Below are positions 12,659 to 24,315 of a stretch of DNA of 64,000 bases, piece after piece. Each line of letters begins with the position of its first letter. The stretch's first letter is position 1. The position numbers and the translations under genes are program-made. The DNA comes from Thermodesulfobacteriota bacterium (GTDB lineage: Bacteria; Desulfobacterota_D; UBA1144; Nemesobacterales; UBA2774). The notes below the pieces were generated by a model, which ran no database searches, had not been told where the DNA came from, and saw only the letters and a program-made list of their open reading frames with translations. The DNA is taken from assembly GCA_965216785.1 (NCBI GenBank), contig OZ244197.1, positions 374,828 to 438,827 on the forward strand, read 5' to 3'.

Positions 12659-14257
12659 CTAAATACTAAGTGCCTGGACCTTTTTCTCCTGATATATCTG
12701 GTTAGTTATTACGCGGGCAACTACAACGTTACTGAAGACGGTCGAGATAATACCAATTGAGAGAGTAGCCGCGAAACCTTTAATCGGGCCCGTGCCGAAC
12801 CAAAATAGAATGAGAGCTGTGATCAGGGTAGTTATATTCGCATCGAGCACTGTCCATAGGGACCTGCCGTAACCGGCGTCAATTGCCGCAAGCGGAGATT
12901 TACCAACCCTGAGCTCCTCTTTTATCCTTTCGAAAATGATAATGTTGCCGTCTACCGCCATACCCAGAGTAAGCACAAGTCCAGCTATACCGGGCAGGGT
13001 CAGCGTTACGCCGAATGCCGAGAGAAAACCCATAATAAAGAGCATATTGAGGGCAAGCGCTACATCGGCCACGACCCCCTGGAGCCTATAGAAAACAACC
13101 ATAAATATAAATACGAGTATGCCGCCCACAATCATGGAAAGCTTTCCTTTGTCTATCGAGTCTTTTCCGAGAGACGGCCCGACGGTCCTTTCCTGCTCAA
13201 TAGTAACTGGTACGGGAAGAGCGCCTGAGCGCAGCACAAGGGCAAGGTCTTTTGCCTCATCTGTAGTGAAATCTCCGGTGATTCTGCCCTGTGAAGTGAT
13301 CCGCTCCTGAATGACCGGGGCGGACTTAATTACTTCATCAAGAACTATCGCAAGCCTCTTGTCTATATTCTCCTCGGTAAGCACTCCGAACTTGCTCGCA
13401 CCCTCGCCTTTAAAGTTAAAGCTGACTGCGGGTCTCCCAAGCTCATCGAAAGTGAGCCTCGCATCGGAAAGTGACTCTCCTGTCACATGAGCTTCCGCAT
13501 CGGTAATAAAGAAGAGCTCGTTTTCAGCCCCGGTATCTCCCGTATGCAATGCAAGACCTTGCTCCTCAAGCTCTTCGGGTGTTGTAACACCGTATTTCGC
13601 AAGAAGAACTTCTTGAGTGGGAGCTGAGTCCGTTACGATTTTGAACTGCAGCACGGCGGAGCGTTTAATGATATCGATTATTCTTTGTCTGTCTTTTTCA
13701 GAGGCTCCGGGAACCTGTATGAGAATCCTATCGGCCCCCGCCTTTTGAATGGACGGCTCTACGAGTCCGAGCTCCCCAACACGGTTTTCTATTACCTGTT
13801 TCACCTGATCGATCGCGTTAGTCTCCGCATCGGATATATAAGACTGATTTAAGTCAAAGCTAAGAGACAAATCCTTTTCCTGAATATCGGATATCTGGCC
13901 GAAGTTGGTCTCGGCAACAGCTTTCGCCTTATCTAGGTCTGCTTTTGAGAAAAACTGAAGTGTAAGGGTATCACCTGTTTTTTCAGAGCCTTTTATGAGG
14001 ACCCTCTCACCCTTAAGCTCCGTGTTCATAAAGTCTTTAATACTTCCAAGCTCGTTCTCAACGGCTTTATCCGTGTCTACACCCAGGAGCAGGAATATGC
14101 CGCCCCTTAAGTCAAGCCCGAGTCTGATCCCTCTATCGGGGAACAGTCTTCCCCACCACCCCGGAAGTGAATCACCCAGAAGCGTCGGGGTGAGCAGTAT
14201 AAGGGACATAATAAACACTGCCATGATTGTAACTATCCAAGCTCGTGAAGCTCTCAT
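12659..14257 (-). CDS. secD: protein translocase subunit SecD
   Basis: 532 aa; large periplasmic domain plus SecD TM region; in a yajC-secD-secF arrangement. Confidence 0.9.
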   Translation of the reverse strand: MRASRAWIVTIMAVFIMSLILLTPTLLGDSLPGWWGRLFPDRGIRLGLDLRGGIFLLLGVDTDKAVENELGSIKDFMNTELKGERVLIKGSEKTGDTLTLQFFSKADLDKAKAVAETNFGQISDIQEKDLSLSFDLNQSYISDAETNAIDQVKQVIENRVGELGLVEPSIQKAGADRILIQVPGASEKDRQRIIDIIKRSAVLQFKIVTDSAPTQEVLLAKYGVTTPEELEEQGLALHTGDTGAENELFFITDAEAHVTGESLSDARLTFDELGRPAVSFNFKGEGASKFGVLTEENIDKRLAIVLDEVIKSAPVIQERITSQGRITGDFTTDEAKDLALVLRSGALPVPVTIEQERTVGPSLGKDSIDKGKLSMIVGGILVFIFMVVFYRLQGVVADVALALNMLFIMGFLSAFGVTLTLPGIAGLVLTLGMAVDGNIIIFERIKEELRVGKSPLAAIDAGYGRSLWTVLDANITTLITALILFWFGTGPIKGFAATLSIGIISTVFSNVVVARVITNQIYQEKKVQALSI

Positions 14258-14277
14258 ATGTTAGGTTATTCCTCCTG

Positions 14278-15812
<1,535 letters not shown>

Positions 15813-16613
15813 TTATAATTCAAGCACGTCCTTCATCGTGTAGAGCCCCGGGGATTTTCCGTAAATCCACCTCACCGCCCTCACTACTCCTTTAGCGAAA
15901 TTGTCGCGGTTCATAGCCCTGTGTGTAAGCTCTAAACGCTCTCCGTCTCCAAAGAACATCACCGTGTGCTCACCAACGGTGTCTCCACCCCTTACTGACT
16001 GAAGCCCAATCTCCTTGTCACCTCTTTTCCCTATCCTGCCGTGGCGCTCGAACCTGGCTGTGCTTTGAAAGTCCCAACCCAGCCCCTTTGCCGCGGCCTC
16101 TCCCAGCCCGAGCGCTGTTCCGCTCGGAGAATCGGCCTTTAAATTATGATGCGCTTCAACTATCTCAATATCGTATTCCTCACCCAGAACCTCGGCAATC
16201 TGCTTTGTGATTTCGAACATTACGTTTACCCCAATGCTCATATTGGGAGCGAATACACAGGGAAAACTCTCTGCGAGCTCAAACAATCTGTCTTTTTCAG
16301 TATCTTCAAAACCGGTAGTGCCGATTACCATTGATTTACTAAGAGTTTTTGCAAGCTCAGCGTTCTTCAAAGTTGCGGAAGGAGAAGTGAAGTCAACTAT
16401 AACGTCGGCGTCGGCAGAGGCTTGGCTCAAGTCTGAAGAGACGGTGACGCCGATTTTCCCCTCCCCCGCCAAAGCGCCCGCATCACTGCCGATGGACCCG
16501 TGGCCCGGGGCCTCTGTTGCGCCCACTATTTCTATGTCCTTGGCCTGATTGAGAAAATGAAGTATGCGGAGCCCCATTCTTCCGGCTGCACCGGTGACTG
16601 CTACCTTAACCAT
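15813..16613 (-). CDS. dapB: 4-hydroxy-tetrahydrodipicolinate reductase
   Basis: 266 aa; N-terminal Rossmann motif VAVTGAAGRMG and DapB C-terminal region. Confidence 0.9.
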   Translation of the reverse strand: MVKVAVTGAAGRMGLRILHFLNQAKDIEIVGATEAPGHGSIGSDAGALAGEGKIGVTVSSDLSQASADADVIVDFTSPSATLKNAELAKTLSKSMVIGTTGFEDTEKDRLFELAESFPCVFAPNMSIGVNVMFEITKQIAEVLGEEYDIEIVEAHHNLKADSPSGTALGLGEAAAKGLGWDFQSTARFERHGRIGKRGDKEIGLQSVRGGDTVGEHTVMFFGDGERLELTHRAMNRDNFAKGVVRAVRWIYGKSPGLYTMKDVLEL

Positions 16614-16615
16614 AA

Positions 16616-17146
16616 CTATTCAATGACCTCAATCACGGGCTCTTGAATCTCTATCACAGGCTCTTGCTCTACCTCTATACAGCCTTCTATGCAGCTATCG
16701 GACGTAATAAGCCACTTGTCCTCAAAAACCCCAAGTGAATATTGGCTCGTTTGATTGAGGTTTATCAGACTTCCTGAAGTCGGTGATTTGCGCTGTGTGC
16801 TAAGCTCGACCACCACAGTAGAAGTCCTGTCATAAATCTGTGTAGCCAGCATGCGGTAGCTAATTAGCGAAAAATTATTGTCTGATAAAGTATTTTTCAT
16901 CTGATTTATATATCCCGCTTTGTCGGTGTAGGGAACACTCACGTATTTGTAAGCCTTATCATAATTTTCGCGCTTAATGGCATTCAAATAATCTTTTACT
17001 ACCTCGGTCGGAGTCGGTTTTATATCCTTACGCTTGACCTCCGGGATGTCCGCTATATATTCAGGCTCTGATTTTTTCCCGCAGGCGATGACCGGAATTA
17101 GAAGAAGCAGTGTAAGCAGCGACAGCTTCCTCAAGTTGTTAATCAT
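16616..17146 (-). CDS. hypothetical lipoprotein with C-terminal QEPVIE tandem repeat
   Basis: ORF track starts at 17194; I prefer ATG at 17146 (MINNLRKLSLLTLLLLIPVIACGK, signal peptide plus lipobox Cys). C-terminus carries the short repeat EQEPVIEIQEPVIEVIE. Confidence 0.55.
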   Translation of the reverse strand: MINNLRKLSLLTLLLLIPVIACGKKSEPEYIADIPEVKRKDIKPTPTEVVKDYLNAIKRENYDKAYKYVSVPYTDKAGYINQMKNTLSDNNFSLISYRMLATQIYDRTSTVVVELSTQRKSPTSGSLINLNQTSQYSLGVFEDKWLITSDSCIEGCIEVEQEPVIEIQEPVIEVIE

Positions 17147-17346
17147 GATTTTCTGATTATACCTGTTCATTTGTGGAATAGAATAAGTCGGCATGTGCCA
17201 TATTTCAAGAAATTTTCCACATTGCCGGGATCCGCACTACTATCAACCCGGGTGATTTATGAAGTATCATTATATAAAGTCTTCACCGGGGACCTCTTCT
17301 AAAGCCTCCGAGATAAGGGAATGCCATCTAATTTAGCGACTTAATT

Positions 17347-17874
17347 ATGAGCATACTAAAAGAACCAAAACCCGTTTATTTATTTACGGCGATTATATAT
17401 AAACCCGATTCAGAGCTTGATGACTGCATAAAAGCCCTGAATAGCAAGTTTGGGGAAGTAGATTTTGAAAGCCCCGCACTCCCCTTTGAGGGGACTTCTT
17501 ATTACGAGAGTGAGATGGGTAAAGAGCTCAAGAGAAAAATAATCACTTTTCAAAGACTCATAGCGCGCGATAAACTCAAGCAAGTAAAAGTGTTTACCCA
17601 GGGCTTGGAAGAAAAATTCTCGGAGAACGGGCATAGGACGATAAACATCGATCCCGGATACATTGCCCAGGAGCATGTGGTTCTGGCCACGGGTAAGGGC
17701 TTTGCACACAGGCCTTATCTGGGAGAAGGCGTATACGCAGACCTTACGCTAATCTATAGGGGAGATGAATACTCTACACTTGAGTGGACTTACCCTGACT
17801 ACGGGAATAGTGAAATGAGAGCTCTGTTTCAAAGACTAAGGAAAAAGTATGAAGGCAAACTGAACCCGGATTGA
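17347..17874 (+). CDS. hypothetical protein (possibly DUF4416-like)
   Basis: 175 aa complete ORF, upstream and co-oriented with yicC; family assignment is from memory and unverified. Confidence 0.5.
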   Translation: MSILKEPKPVYLFTAIIYKPDSELDDCIKALNSKFGEVDFESPALPFEGTSYYESEMGKELKRKIITFQRLIARDKLKQVKVFTQGLEEKFSENGHRTINIDPGYIAQEHVVLATGKGFAHRPYLGEGVYADLTLIYRGDEYSTLEWTYPDYGNSEMRALFQRLRKKYEGKLNPD

Positions 17875-17958
17875 CAAAGACTCAATAAAAAATGTATTGT
17901 ATCTGACACTCTATACGGCCTGATGCCGGGCTCTACTAAGCCTTACGAGGAAAGTCAC

Positions 17959-18828
17959 ATGAAAAGCATGACCGGATTTGGAAAAAGCGAAAGAGAGACT
18001 AAAAACGGCAAGATAACCATCGAAGCTCGCTCTGAAAATCATAGATTCCTTGACATTAAACTCCAGATTCCCGAATCTGTAATGTCCATTGAGCCTGAGC
18101 TTTCGGAATACGTTAAAAAGGTAATCCGGCGAGGTAAAGTAAGGGTAACTGTATCTATAGAGGGGAAAAGACAAAACTCCTCAGCCCTTGACCTGGATAT
18201 TGCCCGTGAATCAAAGAGAACTCTTGAGAAGCTAAAGAAAGAGCTTCAAATAAAAGAGGATATACGTCTTGAGCATTTGCTTGCTATTAAGGAGATATTC
18301 CCCTCTGAGTCAGGCTCGCCTTTGAATCGGAGTCAGATATCGGCCCTAAAGAAAACACTGGCAAGCGCGATCCAAAAGCTTGATGACTCGAGAAAAATTG
18401 AAGGCGGCAAGCTCGAGAAAGACCTTCGTCAGAGAATCGGAAAAATCGAGCGCCTTACAAAGAAAATAACCACAAAAAGAAAAGAGTTTATGAAAACCGC
18501 ATCGGCCAAATTGAAAGAGAGAATTGAGAAAATTCTCGAGGACACTCAAATCGACGAAGGGCGTCTTTACCAGGAAACCGCATTTTTAGCAGAAAGAAGC
18601 GATATTACCGAAGAGCTGGTAAGACTAAACGCTCACATAGGCAAATTCAGGGAGACCCTGAAACAGTCGGGCTCAGTGGGTAAGGAGCTCGATTTCCTCC
18701 TTCAGGAGATGAACCGTGAATCGGGCACTATCTCGGCAAAATCCAAAGACGCTTCAATTTCTCACATATCTATCGAGTTCCGCTCGGAGCTTGAGAAGAT
18801 AAGAGAACAGGTTCAGAATATAGAATAG
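17959..18828 (+). CDS. yicC: YicC family stress-induced protein
   Basis: Start moved to ATG 17959 (MKSMTGFGKSE, GAGG 8 nt upstream); N-terminal YicC-like region and C-terminal conserved region (ELDFLLQEMNRE). Confidence 0.8.
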   Translation: MKSMTGFGKSERETKNGKITIEARSENHRFLDIKLQIPESVMSIEPELSEYVKKVIRRGKVRVTVSIEGKRQNSSALDLDIARESKRTLEKLKKELQIKEDIRLEHLLAIKEIFPSESGSPLNRSQISALKKTLASAIQKLDDSRKIEGGKLEKDLRQRIGKIERLTKKITTKRKEFMKTASAKLKERIEKILEDTQIDEGRLYQETAFLAERSDITEELVRLNAHIGKFRETLKQSGSVGKELDFLLQEMNRESGTISAKSKDASISHISIEFRSELEKIREQVQNIE

Positions 18829-19017
18829 TAACAACCCAATTGTCCGGCCATGCCTTGGCTTTAGGTACCCTGCGTCTTAAGCACAAAACCATACATAGCA
18901 TGAAAGTTGCAAGTTTTAAACACTATGCTATGATTTCTTGGTTTTCAAATAAGGATTATTTGATTTATAGAGATTCCATTTTGTTAGCATCTCGCCATAA
19001 AAAAGGAGTAATTGATA

Positions 19018-19887
19018 ATGAGCATCCTAGTGAATAAAGACAGTAAAGTTATCGTCCAAGGCATTACTGGAAGCGCGGGCCTTTTTCACGCGACCCAGTG
19101 CCGAGAGTACGGCACCCAGGTAGTGGGCGGAGTAACGCCTGGTAAAGGGGGAACGGACGTGGACGGGTTTCCGGTATTCGACACTGTGTCTAAAGCGGTT
19201 GCGAGCACTGGAGCTAATACTTCACTGATATTCGTCCCTGCTCCTTTTTGCCTGGATTCGATGATAGAGGCTATTGACGCCGGAGTGGAGCTCGTTATCT
19301 GCATAACCGAGGGCATACCCACACTCGATATGATTAAGGTAAAGAAGTACATGGAGGGGAAGGACGTAAGACTGATCGGACCCAACTGTCCGGGAGTTAT
19401 GACCCCTGGAGAGGCCAAAGTGGGCATTATGCCGGGTTACATACACACCCCGGGGAGGATAGGGATCATTTCAAGAAGCGGCACACTTACTTATGAGGCC
19501 GTGTGGCAGCTTTCTAACCTGGGGATAGGACAGTCTACCTCTGTGGGCATTGGCGGAGACCCCGTAATCGGCTCTACTTTTATCGACATTTTAGGTCTCT
19601 TTGAAGAAGACGACGACACCGATGCTGTTGTGATGATAGGAGAGATCGGCGGAAGCGCCGAGGAAGAGGCGGCTGAGTTTATAAAGGACAACATGTCAAA
19701 ACCCGTAGTAGCGTTCATTGCGGGAGCTACAGCTCCTAAGGGAAAAAGGATGGGACACGCGGGAGCGATCATATCCGGAAGCTCCGGAAGCGCAAAGGAT
19801 AAAGTGGCCGCGCTCGAGCGGGCAGGTGTTACGGTGTGTCCGAGCCCTGCTGAAATGGGCGAGACGCTACAGGCCAGAATCGCTTAG
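19018..19887 (+). CDS. sucD: succinate--CoA ligase (ADP/GDP-forming) alpha subunit
   Basis: ATG 19018 with AAGGAG 9 nt upstream (track used TTG at 19012); CoA-binding N-terminus, GPNCPG, phosphohistidine loop MGHAGAII. Confidence 0.85.
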   Translation: MSILVNKDSKVIVQGITGSAGLFHATQCREYGTQVVGGVTPGKGGTDVDGFPVFDTVSKAVASTGANTSLIFVPAPFCLDSMIEAIDAGVELVICITEGIPTLDMIKVKKYMEGKDVRLIGPNCPGVMTPGEAKVGIMPGYIHTPGRIGIISRSGTLTYEAVWQLSNLGIGQSTSVGIGGDPVIGSTFIDILGLFEEDDDTDAVVMIGEIGGSAEEEAAEFIKDNMSKPVVAFIAGATAPKGKRMGHAGAIISGSSGSAKDKVAALERAGVTVCPSPAEMGETLQARIA

Positions 19888-19898
19888 AATAAGCAGGT

Positions 19899-20858
19899 TC
19901 AGACGGCCTGATTGTACAGCTCTTTATTTTCCACCAGCCAATCGTAGTGCTTTGATATTCCCTCTGCAATACTTATCTTAGGAGAGTAAGAAAGATCCTT
20001 TTCCGCCTTTGATATATCGGCGAACGTGTGCTTGGCGTCCCCTCTTTGAGTATCGGCATATTTTATTTTTGCTGCCCTTCCCACTACTTCCTCGATTATT
20101 TTTATGGCATCGCTAAGAATGATTCTGCTTCCCCCGCCGATGTTGTAAATCCCCCCGGGCCTGCCATTATCAAGAGCTTGCATATTGGCCGTAACTGCGT
20201 CACTTACAAACGTGAAATCTCTTGTTTGCTCACCGGTGCCGTAGATCTCGATCTCCTCACCGTTCATTACAGCGCTTATAAATTTATGAAACGCCATGTC
20301 GGGACGCTGCCTCGGACCGTAAACCGTAAAGTACCTGAGGGACACCGTGGGGATACCGTATCCCGTATGGTAAAGAGAAACCAAATGCTCGCCGGCAAGC
20401 TTCGTCACTCCGTAAGGAGAGACGGGTCTTTGAGGGGAGTTTTCCGTAATAGGGAGGTCCTGGGCGTCACCGTATACCGAGGAGGAGGAAGCGTAAATAA
20501 ATTTCTTAAGGTCTTTGCCCTTAGAAGCTTCGAGCAGGAGTTGAGTTGCCAGGACGTTATTATTAACATAATCCTTGAATTTCTTTCCCCAGCTTGATCT
20601 GACACCGGCAAGGGCCGCCTGATGGAAAACAGCGTCCACCCCGGAGATTAAACTGTTAAGATCTAGCTCCGCGAGGTCTCCTTGGATAAACTCAAACCCA
20701 CTGTGAGCGAGAAGTCCCTTCAGATTATTCTCTTTTATTCTCTTCGGATAGTAATCGAAAAATGAATCTACCCCTAAAACTTCATATCCGCCGGCTATCA
20801 GCCTTTCAGTCAGATGAGAGCCGATAAAGCCTGCAACTCCCGTAACAAGAACTCGCAT
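19899..20858 (-). CDS. NAD-dependent nucleotide-sugar epimerase/dehydratase (extended SDR family)
   Basis: 319 aa; GVAGFIGSHL Rossmann motif, catalytic YxxxK (SPYGVTKLAGE). Confidence 0.85.
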   Translation of the reverse strand: MRVLVTGVAGFIGSHLTERLIAGGYEVLGVDSFFDYYPKRIKENNLKGLLAHSGFEFIQGDLAELDLNSLISGVDAVFHQAALAGVRSSWGKKFKDYVNNNVLATQLLLEASKGKDLKKFIYASSSSVYGDAQDLPITENSPQRPVSPYGVTKLAGEHLVSLYHTGYGIPTVSLRYFTVYGPRQRPDMAFHKFISAVMNGEEIEIYGTGEQTRDFTFVSDAVTANMQALDNGRPGGIYNIGGGSRIILSDAIKIIEEVVGRAAKIKYADTQRGDAKHTFADISKAEKDLSYSPKISIAEGISKHYDWLVENKELYNQAV

Positions 20859-20952
20859 ATAGGATTCATCTCCCGCTTGATTGATCTATTAAAATTGCGT
20901 CGTTATACAATTTGACAAAGCACAAAACACCAATAACAATTGTACTAATCTC

Positions 20953-21414
20953 ATGAAACGCAAGATTAAAGCAACACTTAGTTTACTCGTATTATCACTG
21001 AGTTTAAATACCGCGGGCGCACTTCCACCCCCATGTACCCAGGATGAGCTACTAGACACATCGGAATACGCGGTAGAGGGCACAGTGATGAAAGTAGTGT
21101 GCTCAGAGCCCTACGATTCTAACGAGTGCAAGCCCGGGGCGGATGAAAAAGTTGTATTTGTGCCAGAGCTCTTTTCAAACTGCGCAGCCACGATACTGGT
21201 CTCTAAAAACCTAAAAGGCAGCCACGAAGCGGGAGAAAAAGTTGTGATTCCTTACGTGCGGGTCGCTAGGGCGTGCAGCGGAGGCACTCATATAATTCCG
21301 GGCAGTCCGACCAGCGAGCTTAGTATCGGGACCGTTATCAAATACTATAAATCCGAGCAGTGCAGGTACTGGAATATAGAGAAGATTGAGGAGCCTGCTT
21401 CTACACAGGAGTAA
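20953..21414 (+). CDS. hypothetical secreted Cys-containing protein
   Basis: 153 aa; N-terminal signal peptide (MKRKIKATLSLLVLSLSLNTAGA), 7 Cys; no recognisable family. Confidence 0.5.
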   Translation: MKRKIKATLSLLVLSLSLNTAGALPPPCTQDELLDTSEYAVEGTVMKVVCSEPYDSNECKPGADEKVVFVPELFSNCAATILVSKNLKGSHEAGEKVVIPYVRVARACSGGTHIIPGSPTSELSIGTVIKYYKSEQCRYWNIEKIEEPASTQE

Positions 21415-21488
21415 CTGCCGGGACCTCATACTATCAGCAGTCCGATCAATATTACCGATTTCATTTTTACTAAAATTTTAGAGAAATT

Positions 21489-23075
21489 ATGGCACTCACT
21501 CCGTTTGAACTTGAAATTTTCCAGAATATCCTAAGCTCTATCGCTGAAGAAATGGGGATGCTATTAATAAGAGCAGGGTTCTCCCCTAACATAAAAGAGC
21601 GGAGAGACCTGTCGTGCGCGATCTTTAATGCCAAGGGAGACATGATAGCGCAGGCCGCACATATACCCATACACCTGGGCTCAATGGGGTTTGCCGTAAA
21701 GGCTGTACTCGATGAGCCGGATATGCAGCCGGGGGACGTTTATATACTAAACGACCCGTTCAGAGGCGGTACACACCTGCCTGACGTAACCTGTATTAAG
21801 CCGGTATATTCGAAAGGGAAAATAGTATTTTTCGTAGCAAGCAGGGCACACCACGCCGACATCGGCGGCATCACACCGGGTTCGATGCCCGTATCTACCA
21901 CAGTTGAGGAAGAAGGAATCCTTATCCCACCTTCAAAGCTCTATACAAAAAACAGATTGAACAAAAAGCTGTTTAATAAGATCCTTAACAGCACGCGCGA
22001 CCCTGAGGAAAGAGAAGGTGATTTCAACGCGCAAGTAGGCGCTCTTGATCTGGGCGAGAAGAGGCTCACTGAGACTATAGGTAAATACTCGCTGAACCAC
22101 CTGCTTGAGGCAGGAGAGGAGCTTCTTAACTATAGCGAGAAGATAATGAAAGAAGTAATAAGGGCCATCCCGGACGGCGTTTACAGTTTTCAGGATGTCA
22201 TGGATGACGACGGCGCAGGGACCCGGAAAATTCCTTTAAAAGTAAAAATAACTATTAAGGGGAGCCGCGCAGAGGTGGATTTCAGAGAAAGCTCTCCGCC
22301 TGTGAAAGGTAACCTGAACGCCCCTTACAGCGTAACGACCGCAGCGACTATATATGTGTTTCAATGCCTTGCTCCAAAGGAGCTTCCTCTTAATTCGGGG
22401 CCTCTCAGGGTGGTGAAGATTATCGTTGACGATCAATCGATTTTAAACGCCAAGTTTCCAAGAGCGGTCGTGGGAGGAAACGTCGAAACCTCACAGCGAG
22501 TTGTAGATGTAGTGTTCGGCGCGCTTTCAAAAGCCGTGCCCGAGAAGGTGCCCGCGGCAAGCGCTGGATCTATGAGTAATATCGCATTTGGGGGAATTAA
22601 CCCAAGAACCGGACGGATATACGCTTATTATGAAACCATAGCTGGGGGAATGGGGGCGCGTCCAGGGATAGACGGGGTGAGCGCTGTTCAGACCCATATG
22701 ACAAACACACTTAACACGCCGGTTGAAGCGCTGGAGCGGGAGCTTCCGGTGATGATCCGCTCCTATACGATCAGGAGACGGAGCGGGGGCGCAGGAACGT
22801 ACAAAGGCGGAGACGCCATTGTGCGCGAGTTTAAATTCCTCAAAAAAGCTACCGTATCTCTTATAACCGAGAGAAGAAGATTCTCTCCCTACGGCTTAAC
22901 GGACGGAAAGCACGGGAAAAGAGGAAAGAACAGCTTAATTGTAAGAAATAAAGTAACGAAGCTGCCCCCAAAGTGCACATTTGAGGTGAAAAAAGGGGAT
23001 ATTATTAGTATTGAAACTCCCGGCGGCGGAGGCTGGGGCGGCAAACCCTGTAAAAACCCAGGACAAAGTGGATGA
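21489..23075 (+). CDS. hydantoinase B / 5-oxoprolinase family protein (no HyuA partner in window)
   Basis: 528 aa; N-terminal Hydantoinase_B-like pattern (ELEIFQNILSSIAEEMGMLLIRAGFSPNIKERRDLSCAIFNAKGDMIAQAAHIPIHLGSM). Confidence 0.8.
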   Translation: MALTPFELEIFQNILSSIAEEMGMLLIRAGFSPNIKERRDLSCAIFNAKGDMIAQAAHIPIHLGSMGFAVKAVLDEPDMQPGDVYILNDPFRGGTHLPDVTCIKPVYSKGKIVFFVASRAHHADIGGITPGSMPVSTTVEEEGILIPPSKLYTKNRLNKKLFNKILNSTRDPEEREGDFNAQVGALDLGEKRLTETIGKYSLNHLLEAGEELLNYSEKIMKEVIRAIPDGVYSFQDVMDDDGAGTRKIPLKVKITIKGSRAEVDFRESSPPVKGNLNAPYSVTTAATIYVFQCLAPKELPLNSGPLRVVKIIVDDQSILNAKFPRAVVGGNVETSQRVVDVVFGALSKAVPEKVPAASAGSMSNIAFGGINPRTGRIYAYYETIAGGMGARPGIDGVSAVQTHMTNTLNTPVEALERELPVMIRSYTIRRRSGGAGTYKGGDAIVREFKFLKKATVSLITERRRFSPYGLTDGKHGKRGKNSLIVRNKVTKLPPKCTFEVKKGDIISIETPGGGGWGGKPCKNPGQSG

Positions 23076-23084
23076 GCTCTACAT

Positions 23085-24311
23085 ATGAAACTGCCTAAAC
23101 TAAACCCGATAGAAGCATTTCCCGTTGAGTACGAGGGTCAGGAGCTGATATGCCTGAGAGACCCTTATAACGTAAGCGATAGGATACTTTACGTCTCCCC
23201 CGAGACATTATATATTCTGGGGATGTTTGACGGTGAGCATTCGGTAAGTGACGTGCAAAAAGAGATTCAGGACAAGTTCGGTCAGCACGTAAACTCAGAG
23301 GATATTGAAAGCTTAATAGATCAGATGGACGAAGCTCTATTTCTCGACAGTGAGAAGTTCGCTGATTTTAAGGCTAATCTCGAATCTAGTTTCAATGACT
23401 CGCCGATGCGCGCTCCGAACCATGCCGGGCTCTCCTACCCTGAAGATCCGGGTGAGCTAAGGGAATGGATTGCGGGTTTCTTAAATAGCGCGGAGGAATC
23501 AAAACCCTACGAAGGCGCTCAAAGAAATGTTAAAGGGATTATCTCACCCCATATCGATTTCTCAAGAGGCGGTAAATCCTATGCGCTGGCGTATAGAGAG
23601 CTTTTGCAGGACTCAGGCGCGGACACCTATATAATATTCGGCACGTCCCATTACGCAGAGGTTGATAACCCCTATATCTTGACCAGAAAATACTTTGATA
23701 CTCCCCTTGGGCGCGCGCAAACGGATACGGAGATAGTGGACAGAATTAGCGATAGCTGCCCCTGGGATGTATTTCAGGGAGAGATATCTCACAGAACCGA
23801 GCATTCGATCGAATTCCAGGTGGCGTTTCTGCAGTATTTTTTAAATAAAGAGACAGAATTTAAGATTGTCCCGATATTATGTAATTCATTCCATAGACTA
23901 ATTGAGCAAGGCAAGTCCCCGAATGAGGATGAAAGGATAGAGTTATTCCTTAGCCGCGTAAAAGATATCATAGCTGAGCTGGGAGACAGGTCGTTTATCA
24001 TCGCCGGGGCGGACATGGCGCATGTCGGGCCTAAGTTCGGAGACCCTGAAGAGGTAAATGACGGCACATTAAACATTATTAAGGAAAGAGATTTGCTTAG
24101 CCTAGAGCACTGTGAGAACCTGGACGCGGAAGGGTTTTACCGCTCTGTTGAACAAGAAAAAGACTGGAGGAAAATCTGCGGGCTCTCGCCTATCTATTCA
24201 CTCTTAAGCACAGCAGGCGTTAGCAGTGGAAAGATTCTTGACTATGATCAGGCGCTTGAGCCAGATACGGGGTCTGTGGTGAGCTTTGCGAGCGCAGCCT
24301 TTTATAAATAA
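23085..24311 (+). CDS. MEMO1-family protein (AmmeMemoRadiSam system protein B-like) with ~110-aa N-terminal extension
   Basis: 408 aa; MEMO-like core (GLSYPEDP, GIISPHIDFSRGG, HSIEFQVAFLQY, ADMAHVGPKFGD); starts 9 bp after the preceding gene. Confidence 0.7.
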   Translation: MKLPKLNPIEAFPVEYEGQELICLRDPYNVSDRILYVSPETLYILGMFDGEHSVSDVQKEIQDKFGQHVNSEDIESLIDQMDEALFLDSEKFADFKANLESSFNDSPMRAPNHAGLSYPEDPGELREWIAGFLNSAEESKPYEGAQRNVKGIISPHIDFSRGGKSYALAYRELLQDSGADTYIIFGTSHYAEVDNPYILTRKYFDTPLGRAQTDTEIVDRISDSCPWDVFQGEISHRTEHSIEFQVAFLQYFLNKETEFKIVPILCNSFHRLIEQGKSPNEDERIELFLSRVKDIIAELGDRSFIIAGADMAHVGPKFGDPEEVNDGTLNIIKERDLLSLEHCENLDAEGFYRSVEQEKDWRKICGLSPIYSLLSTAGVSSGKILDYDQALEPDTGSVVSFASAAFYK

Positions 24312-24315
24312 CACT

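Noticed and set aside
18840-19037. 65-aa ORF in the yicC-sucD spacer
   Set aside because: Overlaps the sucD RBS and start and has no RBS of its own; the region is better explained as the sucD promoter/leader.
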